Source: Limnoglobus sp. (GTDB taxonomy: Bacteria > Planctomycetota > Planctomycetia > Gemmatales > Gemmataceae). Taken from it: 64,000 bases of DNA. Made by a program: the position numbers and the translations under genes. This document shows positions 39,601 through 49,866 of the stretch, one piece after another (within the stretch, counting starts at the first letter, position 1; every line of letters starts with the position of its first letter). The stretch is from positions 333 to 64,332 of the forward strand of contig JAYWCL010000143.1 in assembly GCA_043780595.1 (NCBI GenBank), read 5' to 3'. The notes under the pieces were generated by a model. It saw nothing but the letters and a program-made list of their open reading frames with translations. It had not been told where the DNA came from and did no database searches.

Positions 39601-41670
39601 ATTGGTGATAATCGGGGCTGCCGATCGCCAGCGTTCGCTGGAAAGCACCGTCTGCGCCCCACCCTGAGCCACGCCACCGAGAACGCGAACACGGCGCATC
39701 GCGCCGCCGCCCGGCCCCTGTTCTTCCGCGATATCAGTCCCCTTAATGCTGCGGTACGAGCGCGCCCACATGAGGCTGCGGGCCATGATGTCGATCGCCA
39801 CCACCGCCCCCGCGTTCGTCGGGCAGATCAGTACGCCGTCGGAGTACGTCAGGTAGGCACACTGGAAGCGACGATAGGTATCGACGGGCAGTTTCACGTT
39901 CGGCTCGCCGATGCGTTGCGACCACACTAACTCCGGGCCTTTGTCGCTCGGCTTGCCACCGGGCACATCGAACCGACGCACTTTGTTCGGGTCCAAGCAC
40001 GCGAGGCGGACTTTGCCGTTCTTCTCGAACAGCACGTAGATCTTGCCGTTCACGGGTAGTGGTGGCCCGAGAAAATAGCTGTTCTGCATGAGCAAAAGCG
40101 GGTTATCGGTCTTATCGTCTTCCTCGTCGCTCAGTGGCGGTCCGCCCTGCGATACGCCGAGTTGCCACGCCAGACGGCCCGTAACCATGTTGAGCGCGAT
40201 CAGCCGATTGCCATCGCCGAACAGCTTGTCGCTCGTGACCGGCACGCCCTGACCGCCGAAGCCGCCATCTTGATTGTTAATCGCGGGTGCATTAGGAATC
40301 GCGGCATCGTCGATGGCGTAGACGTTCTGACCATCGTGCGACATCGAACCGACGAGCGGATTCTCGAACAGAATCGACTTGAGTTGCCCCTGATTCTGAA
40401 ACGCCGTCCAGCGATTGATAACGTCGGTTTTGCTGTCGTCGCCGACGATCTTACTCAGGCTGCCTTTCGCCTCGGCAATCCAGTAAAGGTCGCCCGGTTT
40501 CGCGGGGCGACCGTGATTGGAGAAGCCTTCTTGCGTGATGTAGGCGTAGATGCCGTCGTAGGTGCGGATGAATACCAAGTTCTGCGACGTGAGCGGGAAG
40601 AAGCCGGGGATGGCGACTTCTTGCTTAGCGGGTCGGATACCGCGAAGCACCTCGTTGAGGTTCTGGCGTACCCACGTCGAACCTTCCTGAAACGGCGCAT
40701 CTTGCGTGCGATATAGCATCGGCTTCGTGTAACTCGGGTCGAGGAATGGCGCTCCGCCGTCGGCAATCGCCGAGTGCGACGCATTCCCCAGCCGCGAGAT
40801 AATGTAATTCTCGCTGATTCGCCCGAACATCGTCAGGTGAGGCTTCGCGAGTTCTTCCTTGAGTTCGTCGATCGTATATGATCGCAGCCCGATTTTTAGC
40901 CCGTTGCGCGGGTAGTTCTTTTCGAGTTGTCCCGTCAGTTTCGCAACCGTCGCACTTTGCGAACCGGCCCGTTTGAACGCCACGATCGCTTTGAAGGTAG
41001 TTAGCGGGTTCCAGAGGTCGTCGATGTCTTTGCGTTCGAGCAGTCGCTCGAACGAGTAAGCCGACTCGACGTAGTTGCCGCGGTCGAGGTTCAACCCCGC
41101 CAGATACAACGTCGCTTGCGTACCGGCTTTCGTGTGGAAGTAGCGTTGCGAAACGTCCGCGAGTATCGCACGGTCGTAGCCTTTGTCCTTGGCATCTGCG
41201 ATCAACGCCTCGGCAGGCGGGCCGAACGTCAGTTGATAGAACTGCTTGCCATCCGGTGGGAATCTCCCGATCAGCCGGTTCGCCTCGGCCTTCGCACTGA
41301 CCCGCTGAATCTTCCCTGCATCGTCGCCCGTCGAACCCGATTTCTCGAAGAACGAGTCGCTCTTCGAATCGAGTACCTGTTGCGCCGCCGCACAGATTTT
41401 ATCCCACGGTGCCCTGCTGGATTTATCTTTGAACTCGACGAGGTAATCGTTGACGGCACGAATCATGTTCTTCGCATCGCGGTCCGACGGGAACGTCATG
41501 ACCTCAATCGCCTGCGCTTTGACCTTCTTGCCATCTTCAGGCACGACAGGAGCACCCGGCTTCACGACGACTTGCCCAACGGTAACGCGGTTCGTTCCGA
41601 GCACGATGGCAAAGGTAAGCACCATCACCAGGGTCGAACCCATCGCGGTGCGGAGATTGGCGTGGTGCAT
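36694..41670 (-). CDS. Large exported PQQ-like beta-propeller plus TPR scaffold protein (BamB-like repeats)
   Basis: Signal peptide; propeller repeats ALNMVTGRLAWQL, CLDLRTGDLLW, AYEPTTGNKLW, AFDKATGKRLW; central helical repeats. The start could be as far up as TTG 41685. Confidence 0.82.
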   Translation of the reverse strand: MHHANLRTAMGSTLVMVLTFAIVLGTNRVTVGQVVVKPGAPVVPEDGKKVKAQAIEVMTFPSDRDAKNMIRAVNDYLVEFKDKSSRAPWDKICAAAQQVLDSKSDSFFEKSGSTGDDAGKIQRVSAKAEANRLIGRFPPDGKQFYQLTFGPPAEALIADAKDKGYDRAILADVSQRYFHTKAGTQATLYLAGLNLDRGNYVESAYSFERLLERKDIDDLWNPLTTFKAIVAFKRAGSQSATVAKLTGQLEKNYPRNGLKIGLRSYTIDELKEELAKPHLTMFGRISENYIISRLGNASHSAIADGGAPFLDPSYTKPMLYRTQDAPFQEGSTWVRQNLNEVLRGIRPAKQEVAIPGFFPLTSQNLVFIRTYDGIYAYITQEGFSNHGRPAKPGDLYWIAEAKGSLSKIVGDDSKTDVINRWTAFQNQGQLKSILFENPLVGSMSHDGQNVYAIDDAAIPNAPAINNQDGGFGGQGVPVTSDKLFGDGNRLIALNMVTGRLAWQLGVSQGGPPLSDEEDDKTDNPLLLMQNSYFLGPPLPVNGKIYVLFEKNGKVRLACLDPNKVRRFDVPGGKPSDKGPELVWSQRIGEPNVKLPVDTYRRFQCAYLTYSDGVLICPTNAGAVVAIDIMARSLMWARSYRSIKGTDIAEEQGPGGGAMRRVRVLGGVAQGGAQTVLSSERWRSAAPIITNGRVIFTAFDSESMDCLDLRTGDLLWTEPRRSGDLYAGGVLADKVVVVGKESLRAINVIGQTRAKATATGKEDAVIAWRDLRIGTPAGHGTASKGGVFYVPLADSPDGSRPEVWAIDVAKGEVIAKAAFRVKDDGGPKPMLGNLAFHEGQLFSQSPNELAVFPLIELKKREMDRLLKANPKDPSGLVARAELNMDEGKLADAVADFKEADKNSPNETTRQRLRDKLYVAYTELMRKDFASAEGFLAEYKTLCDISTESEEPNAKQRLIDEKLRRQGLYLQLLAKGRESQGRLAEAFDYYRGFASLGSNKQLISIYDEPNGQTRPDVWAQGRIEMMIRNAKDPAVRKPLEDRVAKDWEAIRAKGELTAIREFVQVFGYHFASGKEAQLALAQKLIESNTEEATREAQNVLLKLWSITADDRTMAARAIEMLAALSTRRGMMDDSVAYYSRLGTEYADVVVREGKTGAGYFGDLLTDKRLLPYLEPTRTITPSRIKADRKQGNPGGAINMGFALNPEGAESNPFFKRHRLMMDNNTSGNGTYTLRVEDRATNEVKSRYPNFQLYAPNGPPQHQLAQLKGHILLLHAGMKVHCLDLAEKRQLWEVSVLGEGTKVDFNNVSLVPGVDGEVFVTYNADGFRISLGRSTILESNYVCVVTRDGLSAYEPTTGNKLWTRNNVSSASLVFGDGKHVFLVETLTDGKSRSRVLRAVDGMSVDGVPDFGTLVTGPARQRIIGRNILLSEGGNGKPRTLRLYDPLAANDIWKKEYPADATLLKSYVPDSVAMLKVDGRFDVLANATGKVQFEGRIDEANLAAHMKGLHVPIFVADGERYYVVLNRTANVNRQTYWGNQQIKMVPVNGAMYAFDKATGKRLWFTESLTESQQLMIERFDELPAIVIGGISQSEENNAQPSYKFAIIDKQNGRLRLLRNENQGNTFYSMQTDPKNATARLVRGDFYVDIGPDLEAKPPTTNK

Positions 41671-41936
41671 GGAAGTCGTTTCCAAAGAGCCGGTTCAACC
41701 GGGGTATTCGCTGATGATAAACATTCTGCACTTTCGCTAAACAGCCTACACGGTAAATCCGATTCCGTCGAGGAAAGAATCGACGTTCTTTTCGTCACAA
41801 CCGACCAAACCGACGCGATCCGAGCGCCACAGAACTAGCCACACCACAATAATAGACGATGCAAGCGGGCTGAACTAACAGCGGCGGATTCCTACATCAA
41901 CCGTTGAATTGTACGCGACACACGGAATTCTCTCGC

Positions 41937-43055
41937 ATGGCCGCTCGCCCTACGCCGAACTTGACTCGTGGAGACGCCGACGCCCGCACGGTTGCGGATA
42001 CCGAACGCCGGTTCCGGCCGAATTATCTGTCGTTTGCGGGCACTTACCAGTGTAATCTCGCCTGCCCGCACTGTTGCGTGCCAATCGAATGGCCGGATCG
42101 CCTCGACATTCCCACCGCGATTCGTTGCCTCGAACAGTCGCATGTACTGGGCATCGAGATCCTCGGATTCACCGGCGGCGAGCCGTTCGTTTACCCGGAA
42201 TTCCTCGTCGCGCTCACGAAACGCGCGGCCGAACTCGGCTTCCGGTTCGACAAAATGATGACGAACGGCGTCTGGTTCGAGAACGAGACTCACCTCGCTG
42301 GCATTTTGACGCAGTTGCGCGACGTCGGCTTCACGGGCAAGCTCGGCCTCAGCGTCGACAAGTTCCACGGAATGGACATCGCCAAGCTCGCCACGTTCTG
42401 CCGCATCGCGCGCAGAGTCTTCGACCGCGACACGATCCTTTCGCTTTCCTACGCCAGTCGGTCACCCGAACAGGGTCTCGAGCCGATCCGGCGACTGGCC
42501 ACGGAACTCGATGCCGTCATCGAATGGTCCGACCTATTGCACCGTTACCTGTTCGTCAGCGACGATCTGACGATGACGATGAACTGGAACCACCTCGCCA
42601 CTGTGGAACGGGCCGAGACGTTGCCGGGGAATTCGTGGGATGGCGAGTGGTTCAAGGAGGATTATTGCGAAGGCCCCGGCCAGGCGCTGATCGTGAACCC
42701 GAAGGGCGAAGTGAAGCCGTGCTGCGGGTTTGCTTCCGACCTCGATCAACTGACGATTGGCAATATCTACACTGAAAGCGTCGCAGAGATCATCGAAACG
42801 GGGCGGAATCACCCGTATGTCGGCAAAGTCTTCCGCGAAGGGCTGACCGCGATCCGAAACGAAATCCTCGCCCGAGACCCCAACGGATTGCCGGGCGAGA
42901 CCAGCAATCATTGCTTCTTCTGCTGGTACGTCCTCACCCGCGGCCTCGCCGCAGGCGTCAACGGCGGCGGCGGCAAGATCGGCGACTGGACCGGCGAACG
43001 TGCGAACTTCACGGGCGAACTCATCGCCCTCGGCACCTCTCGACTGAGCAAGTGA
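41937..43055 (+). CDS. Radical SAM enzyme with a SPASM/twitch domain
   Basis: CNLACPHC, FTGGEP, MTNG, SVDKFH, YCEGPG...IVNPKGEVKPCCG...IGNI...HCFFC. Confidence 0.88.
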   Translation: MAARPTPNLTRGDADARTVADTERRFRPNYLSFAGTYQCNLACPHCCVPIEWPDRLDIPTAIRCLEQSHVLGIEILGFTGGEPFVYPEFLVALTKRAAELGFRFDKMMTNGVWFENETHLAGILTQLRDVGFTGKLGLSVDKFHGMDIAKLATFCRIARRVFDRDTILSLSYASRSPEQGLEPIRRLATELDAVIEWSDLLHRYLFVSDDLTMTMNWNHLATVERAETLPGNSWDGEWFKEDYCEGPGQALIVNPKGEVKPCCGFASDLDQLTIGNIYTESVAEIIETGRNHPYVGKVFREGLTAIRNEILARDPNGLPGETSNHCFFCWYVLTRGLAAGVNGGGGKIGDWTGERANFTGELIALGTSRLSK

Positions 43056-43139
43056 GTGTGAAATTGCACCCGCCACAAACATTCGCCTGCGGTTGGCAAG
43101 TTTATCGCGCCGATCGAGTTATCTGCGACCCTCGACAGA

Positions 43140-46100
43140 TTACATCCCGCCGAATAGCCGGTCGTAATCGGGCCATTCTTTCGGGTGGAGCAGGTTCTTC
43201 TTAATGCCGTAGCGAATCGCGAGTTCTCGGAATTCGTTCATCTTGACGCGGTTCTCGGCCTTCTCCTCGGCGAGTAATGCGTGGAAGCAATACACCGGTT
43301 TTTGCGCGTAACGTAGCGCCGCGTTGACGTCCGTGACGGCATCTTCAAACTTGCCGGTGGCGGTGCGTGCCATCGCGCGGGTGTCGAGTAAGTACGGCTG
43401 CGGGCCGACGCGCCCGATTGCTTTCTCGATCAATTCCGTGGGGCGTGCGGTCGTATCGTTGCGGTGCAAAATCAGCAACACCGCGAGGTTGTTGAGCGCA
43501 ACGACGTGATTCGGTTCGCTCGCCAGGGTTTTCTCGTACGCACGAATCGCGTCATCGTATTGTTCGCGGGACTCGAACACCATTGCTTGCGCGAGCACCC
43601 ATTGCGAATCTTTCGGTGCCAAGTTAGCCTGTTCGTCGATCCACTTCGACACTTCGAGAATCGTGCGATCCCACTCGGCGCGTTCGGCTGCGGGCACGTT
43701 CGGACGGACCCGCATCGCGACCGCGTTCTTGTAGAGTTGGCCGCGTTGCGGCACCGTGATTTCCTTGTCGTCGATGGCGCGGATCGTGGCAATTGCCTTG
43801 ATCTGCTCGCCGGTCTGAATGTAGAACAGCGCGAGTGCCAGAAAGCGGTTCGGTAGCTTCGTCGTGTCGGCGGCGCGCCGGTACACCTCTTCGGCTTCCG
43901 CAACACAGCCGATGTCGACGAGCAACGGGCCGACGAGCGACAACAACATCGCCGGTTCGTTGGCGGCGGCAAATGCGAGCGGCCCTTTTGCGGCGTCTTT
44001 CTTCGATTCAAATTTCGCCTTGAATCGTGCCTCTTCGGAAATCGCCGACCACGTTTTGGGTGCCATCGCCTGAATGCGGTCGAGCGTCTGCCGGGCGGCA
44101 TCCTTCTTGTTCGCCTGCGTTTGCATCTGATGGAGCAGCACGAGGTAATTCATCGCAACCGGGCCGCGCGTGGCCAACCGGAGCGTATTCTCGGCGGCGT
44201 TCGCGTTGCCTTCTTGGAAGTACAGCATCGCCAGTTTCGCGCTGTCTTCGAGCGGCAACGGGTCTTGCGTCACCGAATCTTCGATCGACTTTTTTGCTTC
44301 GGCCCTGCGGAATGGATCGACGGTCATGGCGAACGCCTTCGCACGCACATCCTCGGGGTTGTTGCCCGATTTCAGATTCTCATCCAACAGCGCGAGCGCA
44401 CTCGGAAGCTGACTGTAACCGTCGGGCCGCTGGACTTTGTTTGCAGCCAGCGTTCGCCGTGCCCAGCGTCGTTGCACGTCCGGTGCGTTCGTTTTTAGCA
44501 GACGTTCGCACTGCGCATCGGCGGCGGGCAGTTGCGACGTACGCAGGTAAAGTTCCGCCAACGCACGGATCAAGCCCGGCTCGTCCGCATGCGTTTTCAA
44601 GCCATTGAGGTAGATGCGTTCGGCCGCCACATTCTCGCCGAGAATTTCCTGCGCGCGGCCCAATGTGGCGGGCAGATCCGCGCGCTTTGGGAACGAGGCC
44701 ACCGCCGCAGTCAACGCGGTTTCTGCTTTCTGGTAAGCCGCTTTCGCGCCTGCCATATTACCCTCGCTCATTTGTGCCGCGATTAACCCGATCCAGTTGT
44801 CCGGCGATGTGGGGGCGAGTGTCGTTGCCTTCTCGAACGCGAGAATCGCCTCGGCGCGCTTGCCGTTCATTTGCAGCCAGTTCGCGCGAAAAAGTTGCTC
44901 GCGCGGGTTGTCCGATTTTTCGAGTTTCTGAATCATCGCGAGTGTGGCATCCGAGTTGCGTGTACCCGTCGCTGCGTCGATGATTGCGAGTTGTTGTCGC
45001 AAGTCGTCGGGGAGGCCCGCCGTTTGGCTACGCCCTTCGAGTAACCGCCGCGCTTCCTCCATGCGCCCGCTCGAAACGAGTCCGAGAACGAGGCGTCGGT
45101 AGACCAGTTCGCTACGGTCGCCGAGGTCGTAAGCTTTGCGAAAATGAACGAGCGCCACCGCCGATTCGCCCGCCATATCGGCCAGGCTACCGAGTACCGA
45201 ATGCGGCCGCGACCACGTTTCGCGAAGCGTGATGATGTTCGCGAGTTTCGGCCGCATCGCCACAATTTTCGCTTTGTCGCTCGGTTCGGTGTTGCTCAAT
45301 TCGACGAGAACCTGACCGAACAGGAAGTTCGGTCCGTCTTCGCCTTCGAGAGCTTTGACTTCGCCGAGAACCTTCACCGCGTCGTCGCTGCGTTTCTCTT
45401 CGAGGTAAATTTGCACGAGCGACATCCGCGAAGCGAGGTCGTACGGTTTCTCCACCGTCGCCTTTTGGAACAACGCCGCCGCTTCCGTTCGCTTCCCCAG
45501 AAACTGATAGAGCAAGTCGCCGAGGCCGGTGTGCAGCGCATAGCGATCCTCAACAGAAAAGGCTTCGGCCTTCTCCCCGAGCGCGACAATCGCAGCCACA
45601 TCGGGCGGCGATTTTCGCAAAATATACGTCGAGCGCGCGAGGCGGATCGCGACTTTGTCGCCGAGCGCCTTCTCGGCGGTGTCGAGCACATCGAGTCCGG
45701 CCTTGGGGTCCGATTGCGCGAGGATCGCCGCAATCGCGATTCGCGGCGATGCTTCATCGGGTGCCCGCTTGACGAGATCGCGGTAAAACGCGATTGCCTC
45801 TTCGGGCTTGTCCTGCATCAGCAACGCCTGCCCGCGTAGGAGTTCGACGCCGATCGTGTGCGGGGGCTTACCGACGGCAGCTTCAAAAGCGGTCCATTTC
45901 CGGATGCTCGGCAACTTCACCGCTTGTTCTTGAAACAGCACATTCAGCAACGCAAACCGTGCCGCTGGGATCCTCTCCGCGTAGCGTTGCAAGATCGGCA
46001 CCGCCTGCGCGCCGCGACCGAGTTTGATGAGCGCGTTTGCCATCCCGATTTGCGCGAGCATCGATTCCGGATCGACTTGCGACGAGCGATGATAGGCCTC

Positions 46101-47336
46101 GTACATCCGTTCGGGGTTGCTGGCGTAGGCGTAACATTCGCCGAGCGACAGTTGCGCCTTGGCGTAGAGTTTCGCCCATTTCTCGAACGCGGGAAGTGCC
46201 GCCTTGAGCCGGGGAATGGCTTCGGGCCATTTGCCTTCGGCGAGGAAAATCCGTCCGTTGAGGTAATCGAACGTCGGGCGGAACGCTTCGCGTTTGGAGA
46301 AGCGTCGCGTCGTTTCCGCACGCGCCGTGAAGAGGTCTTTCCGGTCGATCAATCGATCGACGAGTTCCACGGCAAACAAATCGTTCTCCGTCGTCAACCG
46401 CACGGCGGCTTGGAGTTGTTCATCGGCTTCGGCGACTTGGTTGAGTCGAATGAGCACTTCCGAGTACACCGAGCGCAACCGCGTGTTGTTCGGATTGACT
46501 TGTACTGCCTTGCCGAGGATCGAGCGCGCATCGGCGAGGCGGTTGTCCGCGGCATACACTTCCGTCAGAAGGAGCACGAATTCCGGGTACTTCTCCGGGT
46601 CGCGAACCGACGTGGTCGCATTGCGAATCTCTTCGCGAGCTTGTGCCGTTTCGCCTTTGGCAAATAGGTACTTCGCGCGAGTGATGCGTGCGGTAATGTC
46701 GTCCGATTTATCGCGAGCCAACTGATCGATCACGCCATCCGCTTCCTCGAACGCTTCCTTCGTTTTGATTTCCGTGCGAAGCAGCATCGCGAGCTTGAGG
46801 TACGCCTCACTCGGCCCTTTCCCCGTTTTGACGATACGCTGGAGCTTTTCCATTCCCTCGTTCAGCTTGCCCGATCGCAGTTCGCACGTGGCCAATTGAT
46901 CGAGCATCTCGACGTCGTTCGGCTGACCTTTGAGGGGATCGACCATATGCAAGAGGTGCAACTTCGCCCCGGCGAAGTAGTTGTAGTCCATGTAAATCTT
47001 GATGAGCTTCCGCCGCTCCTCGCTCCGCGTCGGCGCGATGCTCAGCAAGCGTTCGTAGCAGTCGATCAGTTCGCGTTTCGATTTCGGGTTCACTTGGCTA
47101 TCGTCGTCGAGTAACTGTGCATAATCCGCCATCACGAGCGTGTCGCGCGGGCGGAAATTCAAGTACTTCATGTAAAGCGCAAGTGCTTCCGCACGGTTGC
47201 CGTTCTCGATGGCTTTCTTGGCCGAATCGAGCATCGCGCTCGCGTTGCGATTCACTTGGTATCGATTCGCGAAGTAGAAGAGGCCCATAACGACCGCGAT
47301 GACAACGAACAAAATCGCCACGCGCTTGGCATTCAT
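43140..47336 (-). CDS. Very large N-terminally anchored TPR protein
   Basis: TM RVAILFVVIAVVMGLFYFA, then continuous TPR-like repeats ending in ALNNLAVLL...YLLDTRA. Start placed at ATG 47336. Confidence 0.85.
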   Translation of the reverse strand: MNAKRVAILFVVIAVVMGLFYFANRYQVNRNASAMLDSAKKAIENGNRAEALALYMKYLNFRPRDTLVMADYAQLLDDDSQVNPKSKRELIDCYERLLSIAPTRSEERRKLIKIYMDYNYFAGAKLHLLHMVDPLKGQPNDVEMLDQLATCELRSGKLNEGMEKLQRIVKTGKGPSEAYLKLAMLLRTEIKTKEAFEEADGVIDQLARDKSDDITARITRAKYLFAKGETAQAREEIRNATTSVRDPEKYPEFVLLLTEVYAADNRLADARSILGKAVQVNPNNTRLRSVYSEVLIRLNQVAEADEQLQAAVRLTTENDLFAVELVDRLIDRKDLFTARAETTRRFSKREAFRPTFDYLNGRIFLAEGKWPEAIPRLKAALPAFEKWAKLYAKAQLSLGECYAYASNPERMYEAYHRSSQVDPESMLAQIGMANALIKLGRGAQAVPILQRYAERIPAARFALLNVLFQEQAVKLPSIRKWTAFEAAVGKPPHTIGVELLRGQALLMQDKPEEAIAFYRDLVKRAPDEASPRIAIAAILAQSDPKAGLDVLDTAEKALGDKVAIRLARSTYILRKSPPDVAAIVALGEKAEAFSVEDRYALHTGLGDLLYQFLGKRTEAAALFQKATVEKPYDLASRMSLVQIYLEEKRSDDAVKVLGEVKALEGEDGPNFLFGQVLVELSNTEPSDKAKIVAMRPKLANIITLRETWSRPHSVLGSLADMAGESAVALVHFRKAYDLGDRSELVYRRLVLGLVSSGRMEEARRLLEGRSQTAGLPDDLRQQLAIIDAATGTRNSDATLAMIQKLEKSDNPREQLFRANWLQMNGKRAEAILAFEKATTLAPTSPDNWIGLIAAQMSEGNMAGAKAAYQKAETALTAAVASFPKRADLPATLGRAQEILGENVAAERIYLNGLKTHADEPGLIRALAELYLRTSQLPAADAQCERLLKTNAPDVQRRWARRTLAANKVQRPDGYSQLPSALALLDENLKSGNNPEDVRAKAFAMTVDPFRRAEAKKSIEDSVTQDPLPLEDSAKLAMLYFQEGNANAAENTLRLATRGPVAMNYLVLLHQMQTQANKKDAARQTLDRIQAMAPKTWSAISEEARFKAKFESKKDAAKGPLAFAAANEPAMLLSLVGPLLVDIGCVAEAEEVYRRAADTTKLPNRFLALALFYIQTGEQIKAIATIRAIDDKEITVPQRGQLYKNAVAMRVRPNVPAAERAEWDRTILEVSKWIDEQANLAPKDSQWVLAQAMVFESREQYDDAIRAYEKTLASEPNHVVALNNLAVLLILHRNDTTARPTELIEKAIGRVGPQPYLLDTRAMARTATGKFEDAVTDVNAALRYAQKPVYCFHALLAEEKAENRVKMNEFRELAIRYGIKKNLLHPKEWPDYDRLFGGM

Positions 47337-47588
47337 ACGGCGATAGACAATTCGACGACGTGACACGCACGATACCTCGGGAGAGTTCAGTTCGCGTGGA
47401 TCGAGTCCACGTGTAACAATTCTATCGAATGTAGCACGCGAGTAATCGGTCATTGACCGATAACCGGTTTAGCGAAGAGCGTACCAATACTTGCAACGCC
47501 GTGAACGATCACACTTCAGCGTTGCCGTTTGCGTTTAATCCGTGATTTCCGCCGAAAGGTAATCAAACGTAGACTCGGCTCGCCGTTC

Positions 47589-47747
47589 TCATTCGTCCAT
47601 CACCACCACGAGCGTGCAGAGGATCGTCTTCCCGTCGCCCTTCGGCTGGATCGTGACGGCCATCGTGTGGCCGGGCTTTCGACAGGTGAAGCCCGTCACC
47701 CGCTCGCCGATCCGCGTCTCGCGGTCCGTGATCTGATAGCTCGTCAT
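47589..47747 (-). CDS. Small 52-aa ORF not in the track, or a gene remnant
   Basis: MTSYQITDRETRIGERVTGFTCRKPGHTMAVTIQPKGDGKTILCTLVVVMDE; nearly all codons end in G/C; in-frame TAG just upstream. Confidence 0.45.
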   Translation of the reverse strand: MTSYQITDRETRIGERVTGFTCRKPGHTMAVTIQPKGDGKTILCTLVVVMDE

Positions 47748-48183
47748 TCGCTCGTCCCGCTACACTGCGTTCGACAGTTCACGAAGAGTATTCCGCATTC
47801 GGGCGGAAATCCATCCACGACTTGTGTAAAAATTGTCGAGCAACTGAAATTGGGGCATGGTTCATATCCAGGTCGCAGTTTTGCCAAAAAAGGAACGCCG
47901 AAAAGTGGTTTCGGCGTGATTCGATTCGGCAAAAATCGGACGTAAGTCGTTGGTGTGTTAGCTACATTCCGCAATTCGGGAGTGAGTTCGCGGAGGGGTG
48001 GGTAGTAAGTGCCGAAACCACTTTCCTGCTACCCAACGCCGCCACGATTGGAACCATGCCCCCATTCCCTACATGGGATAAAACAATTAATACTGCTTCC
48101 ACAGATTCAATATTACCGGCCTTCCAAATGGCGGGTCAACAAGAAATCTGACGGAAAGATCACCCAAGGTTCTGCGAAACGAA

Positions 48184-49866
48184 TCAACTCGTCACAGCCC
48201 CTTCGGAGGCGCTGCTGACGAGCCTTGCGAACTTGGCGAGGACGCCGCGTTGGACGCGGAGGGCGGGCTTCGTCCAGTTGGCTTTTCGCTTCGCGATCTC
48301 GGCTTCGGGCACGTTCAACGAGAGTAACTTCTTGTCGGCGTCGATCGTGATCGAATCGCCATCGTGAACGAACGCGATCAGGCCGCCCGTCCAGGCTTCC
48401 GGGGCGACGTGGCCGACGACGAGGCCGTGCGTGCCACCGCTGAAGCGGCCATCGGTGATGAGGCCGACCAATTCGCCGAGTCCCTGGCCCATCAGCGCAC
48501 CGGTAACGCTCAGCATCTCGCGCATTCCTGGCCCGCCGACGGGGCCTTCGCCGCGAATGATGACGACATCGCCCGCAACGATCTTTTGCGCCTGAATCGC
48601 TTGGAAACAGGCTTCTTCGCCGTCGAACACCTTCGCCGGTCCGGTGATCGCACGTTGCTTTAGGCCTGCGACTTTTGCCACGCTGCCTTCGGGGGACAGG
48701 TTACCCTTCAAGATGACGATGTGCCCGGTGGGGTGCATCGGCTTGTCGATTGGCAGAATCACCTTCTGCTTCTTCGCGTACACGCTCGGCACGTCCTGAA
48801 GGTTCTCCGCCAAGGTTTTGCCCGTGACCGTCATACAGTCGCCGTGCAGGAACCCAGCATCGAGGAGCGCCTTCAGCACCGGGGGCGTGCCACCGGCTTG
48901 GTGCAGATCGTACATGACGTACTTCCCGCCCGGCTTGAGGTCCGCGAGGTGCGGCACGTTCGCCCCGAGTCGGTCGAAGTCGTCGAGCGTCCACTCCACC
49001 TCGGCTTCGCGGGCTATCGCCATGAGGTGCAGTACCGCGTTCGTGCTGCCACCGAGCGCCAACACGAAGGTGTATGCGTTCTCCAGAGACTTCCGAGTGA
49101 TGATGTCGCGCGGTCGAATATTCGCATTGACGAGGCCGATGAGTGCCTTGCCCGCCTGATACGCTTCGCGTTCTTTGGAAGCCGAGATCGCCGGGTAACT
49201 GGCGTCGTACGGCAACGACATGCCCATGGCCTCGATGGCGCTCGACATCGTGTTGGCGGTGTACATCCCGCCGCACGATCCGGCGCTGGGGCACGATTCG
49301 CACTCGATCTTATGCAACTTCTTTTCGTCGATCGTGCCCGCTTGGAATTTACCGACGGCTTCGAAGATCGAAACGATATCGACGTCTTCGCCGTCCGGAC
49401 CTTTGCCGGGGAGGATGCTGCCACCGTAGACGAAGATGCCCGGCACGTTCAGGCGTGCGAGTGCCATTAAGCAACCGGGCATGTTCTTGTCGCAACCGCC
49501 GATGGCGAGCAAGCCATCGTGGTTCATCGCACCGGAGACGGTCTCGAGGCAGTCGGCAATCACCTCGCGGGACACGAGCGAATAGCGCATTCCCATGTGG
49601 CCCATGCTGATGCCGTCGGAGACGGTCGGCGCGCCGAAGATCTGCGGAACGCCACCCGCCGAGCGGATGCCTTCGATCGCTTTGCGGGCCAAGCGGTCCA
49701 GGTGGCTGTTGCACGGGGTGATGTCGCTGTACAAGGACGCCACGCCGACCATCGGCTTGTCGAAGTCCTCGTCTTGGAACCCGACCGCCCGGAGCATCGC
49801 CCGGTTGGGTGCCCGTTCGGGGCCTCCGGTCGTTGTCAAACTCTTACGATTCGGCAGATCCGTCAT
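48184..49866 (-). CDS. ilvD: Dihydroxy-acid dehydratase
   Basis: [62 protein letters not shown]. Start placed at ATG 49866. Confidence 0.95.
   Translation of the reverse strand: MTDLPNRKSLTTTGGPERAPNRAMLRAVGFQDEDFDKPMVGVASLYSDITPCNSHLDRLARKAIEGIRSAGGVPQIFGAPTVSDGISMGHMGMRYSLVSREVIADCLETVSGAMNHDGLLAIGGCDKNMPGCLMALARLNVPGIFVYGGSILPGKGPDGEDVDIVSIFEAVGKFQAGTIDEKKLHKIECESCPSAGSCGGMYTANTMSSAIEAMGMSLPYDASYPAISASKEREAYQAGKALIGLVNANIRPRDIITRKSLENAYTFVLALGGSTNAVLHLMAIAREAEVEWTLDDFDRLGANVPHLADLKPGGKYVMYDLHQAGGTPPVLKALLDAGFLHGDCMTVTGKTLAENLQDVPSVYAKKQKVILPIDKPMHPTGHIVILKGNLSPEGSVAKVAGLKQRAITGPAKVFDGEEACFQAIQAQKIVAGDVVIIRGEGPVGGPGMREMLSVTGALMGQGLGELVGLITDGRFSGGTHGLVVGHVAPEAWTGGLIAFVHDGDSITIDADKKLLSLNVPEAEIAKRKANWTKPALRVQRGVLAKFARLVSSASEGAVTS

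Noticed and set aside
41671-41936. RiPP precursor peptide for the radical SAM enzyme
   Set aside because: No short ORF with an RBS or a plausible core motif.
47529-47974. Track ORFs 47529..47945 (+) and 47744..47974 (-)
   Set aside because: No motifs or RBS; the first is antisense to the better-supported 52-aa ORF.
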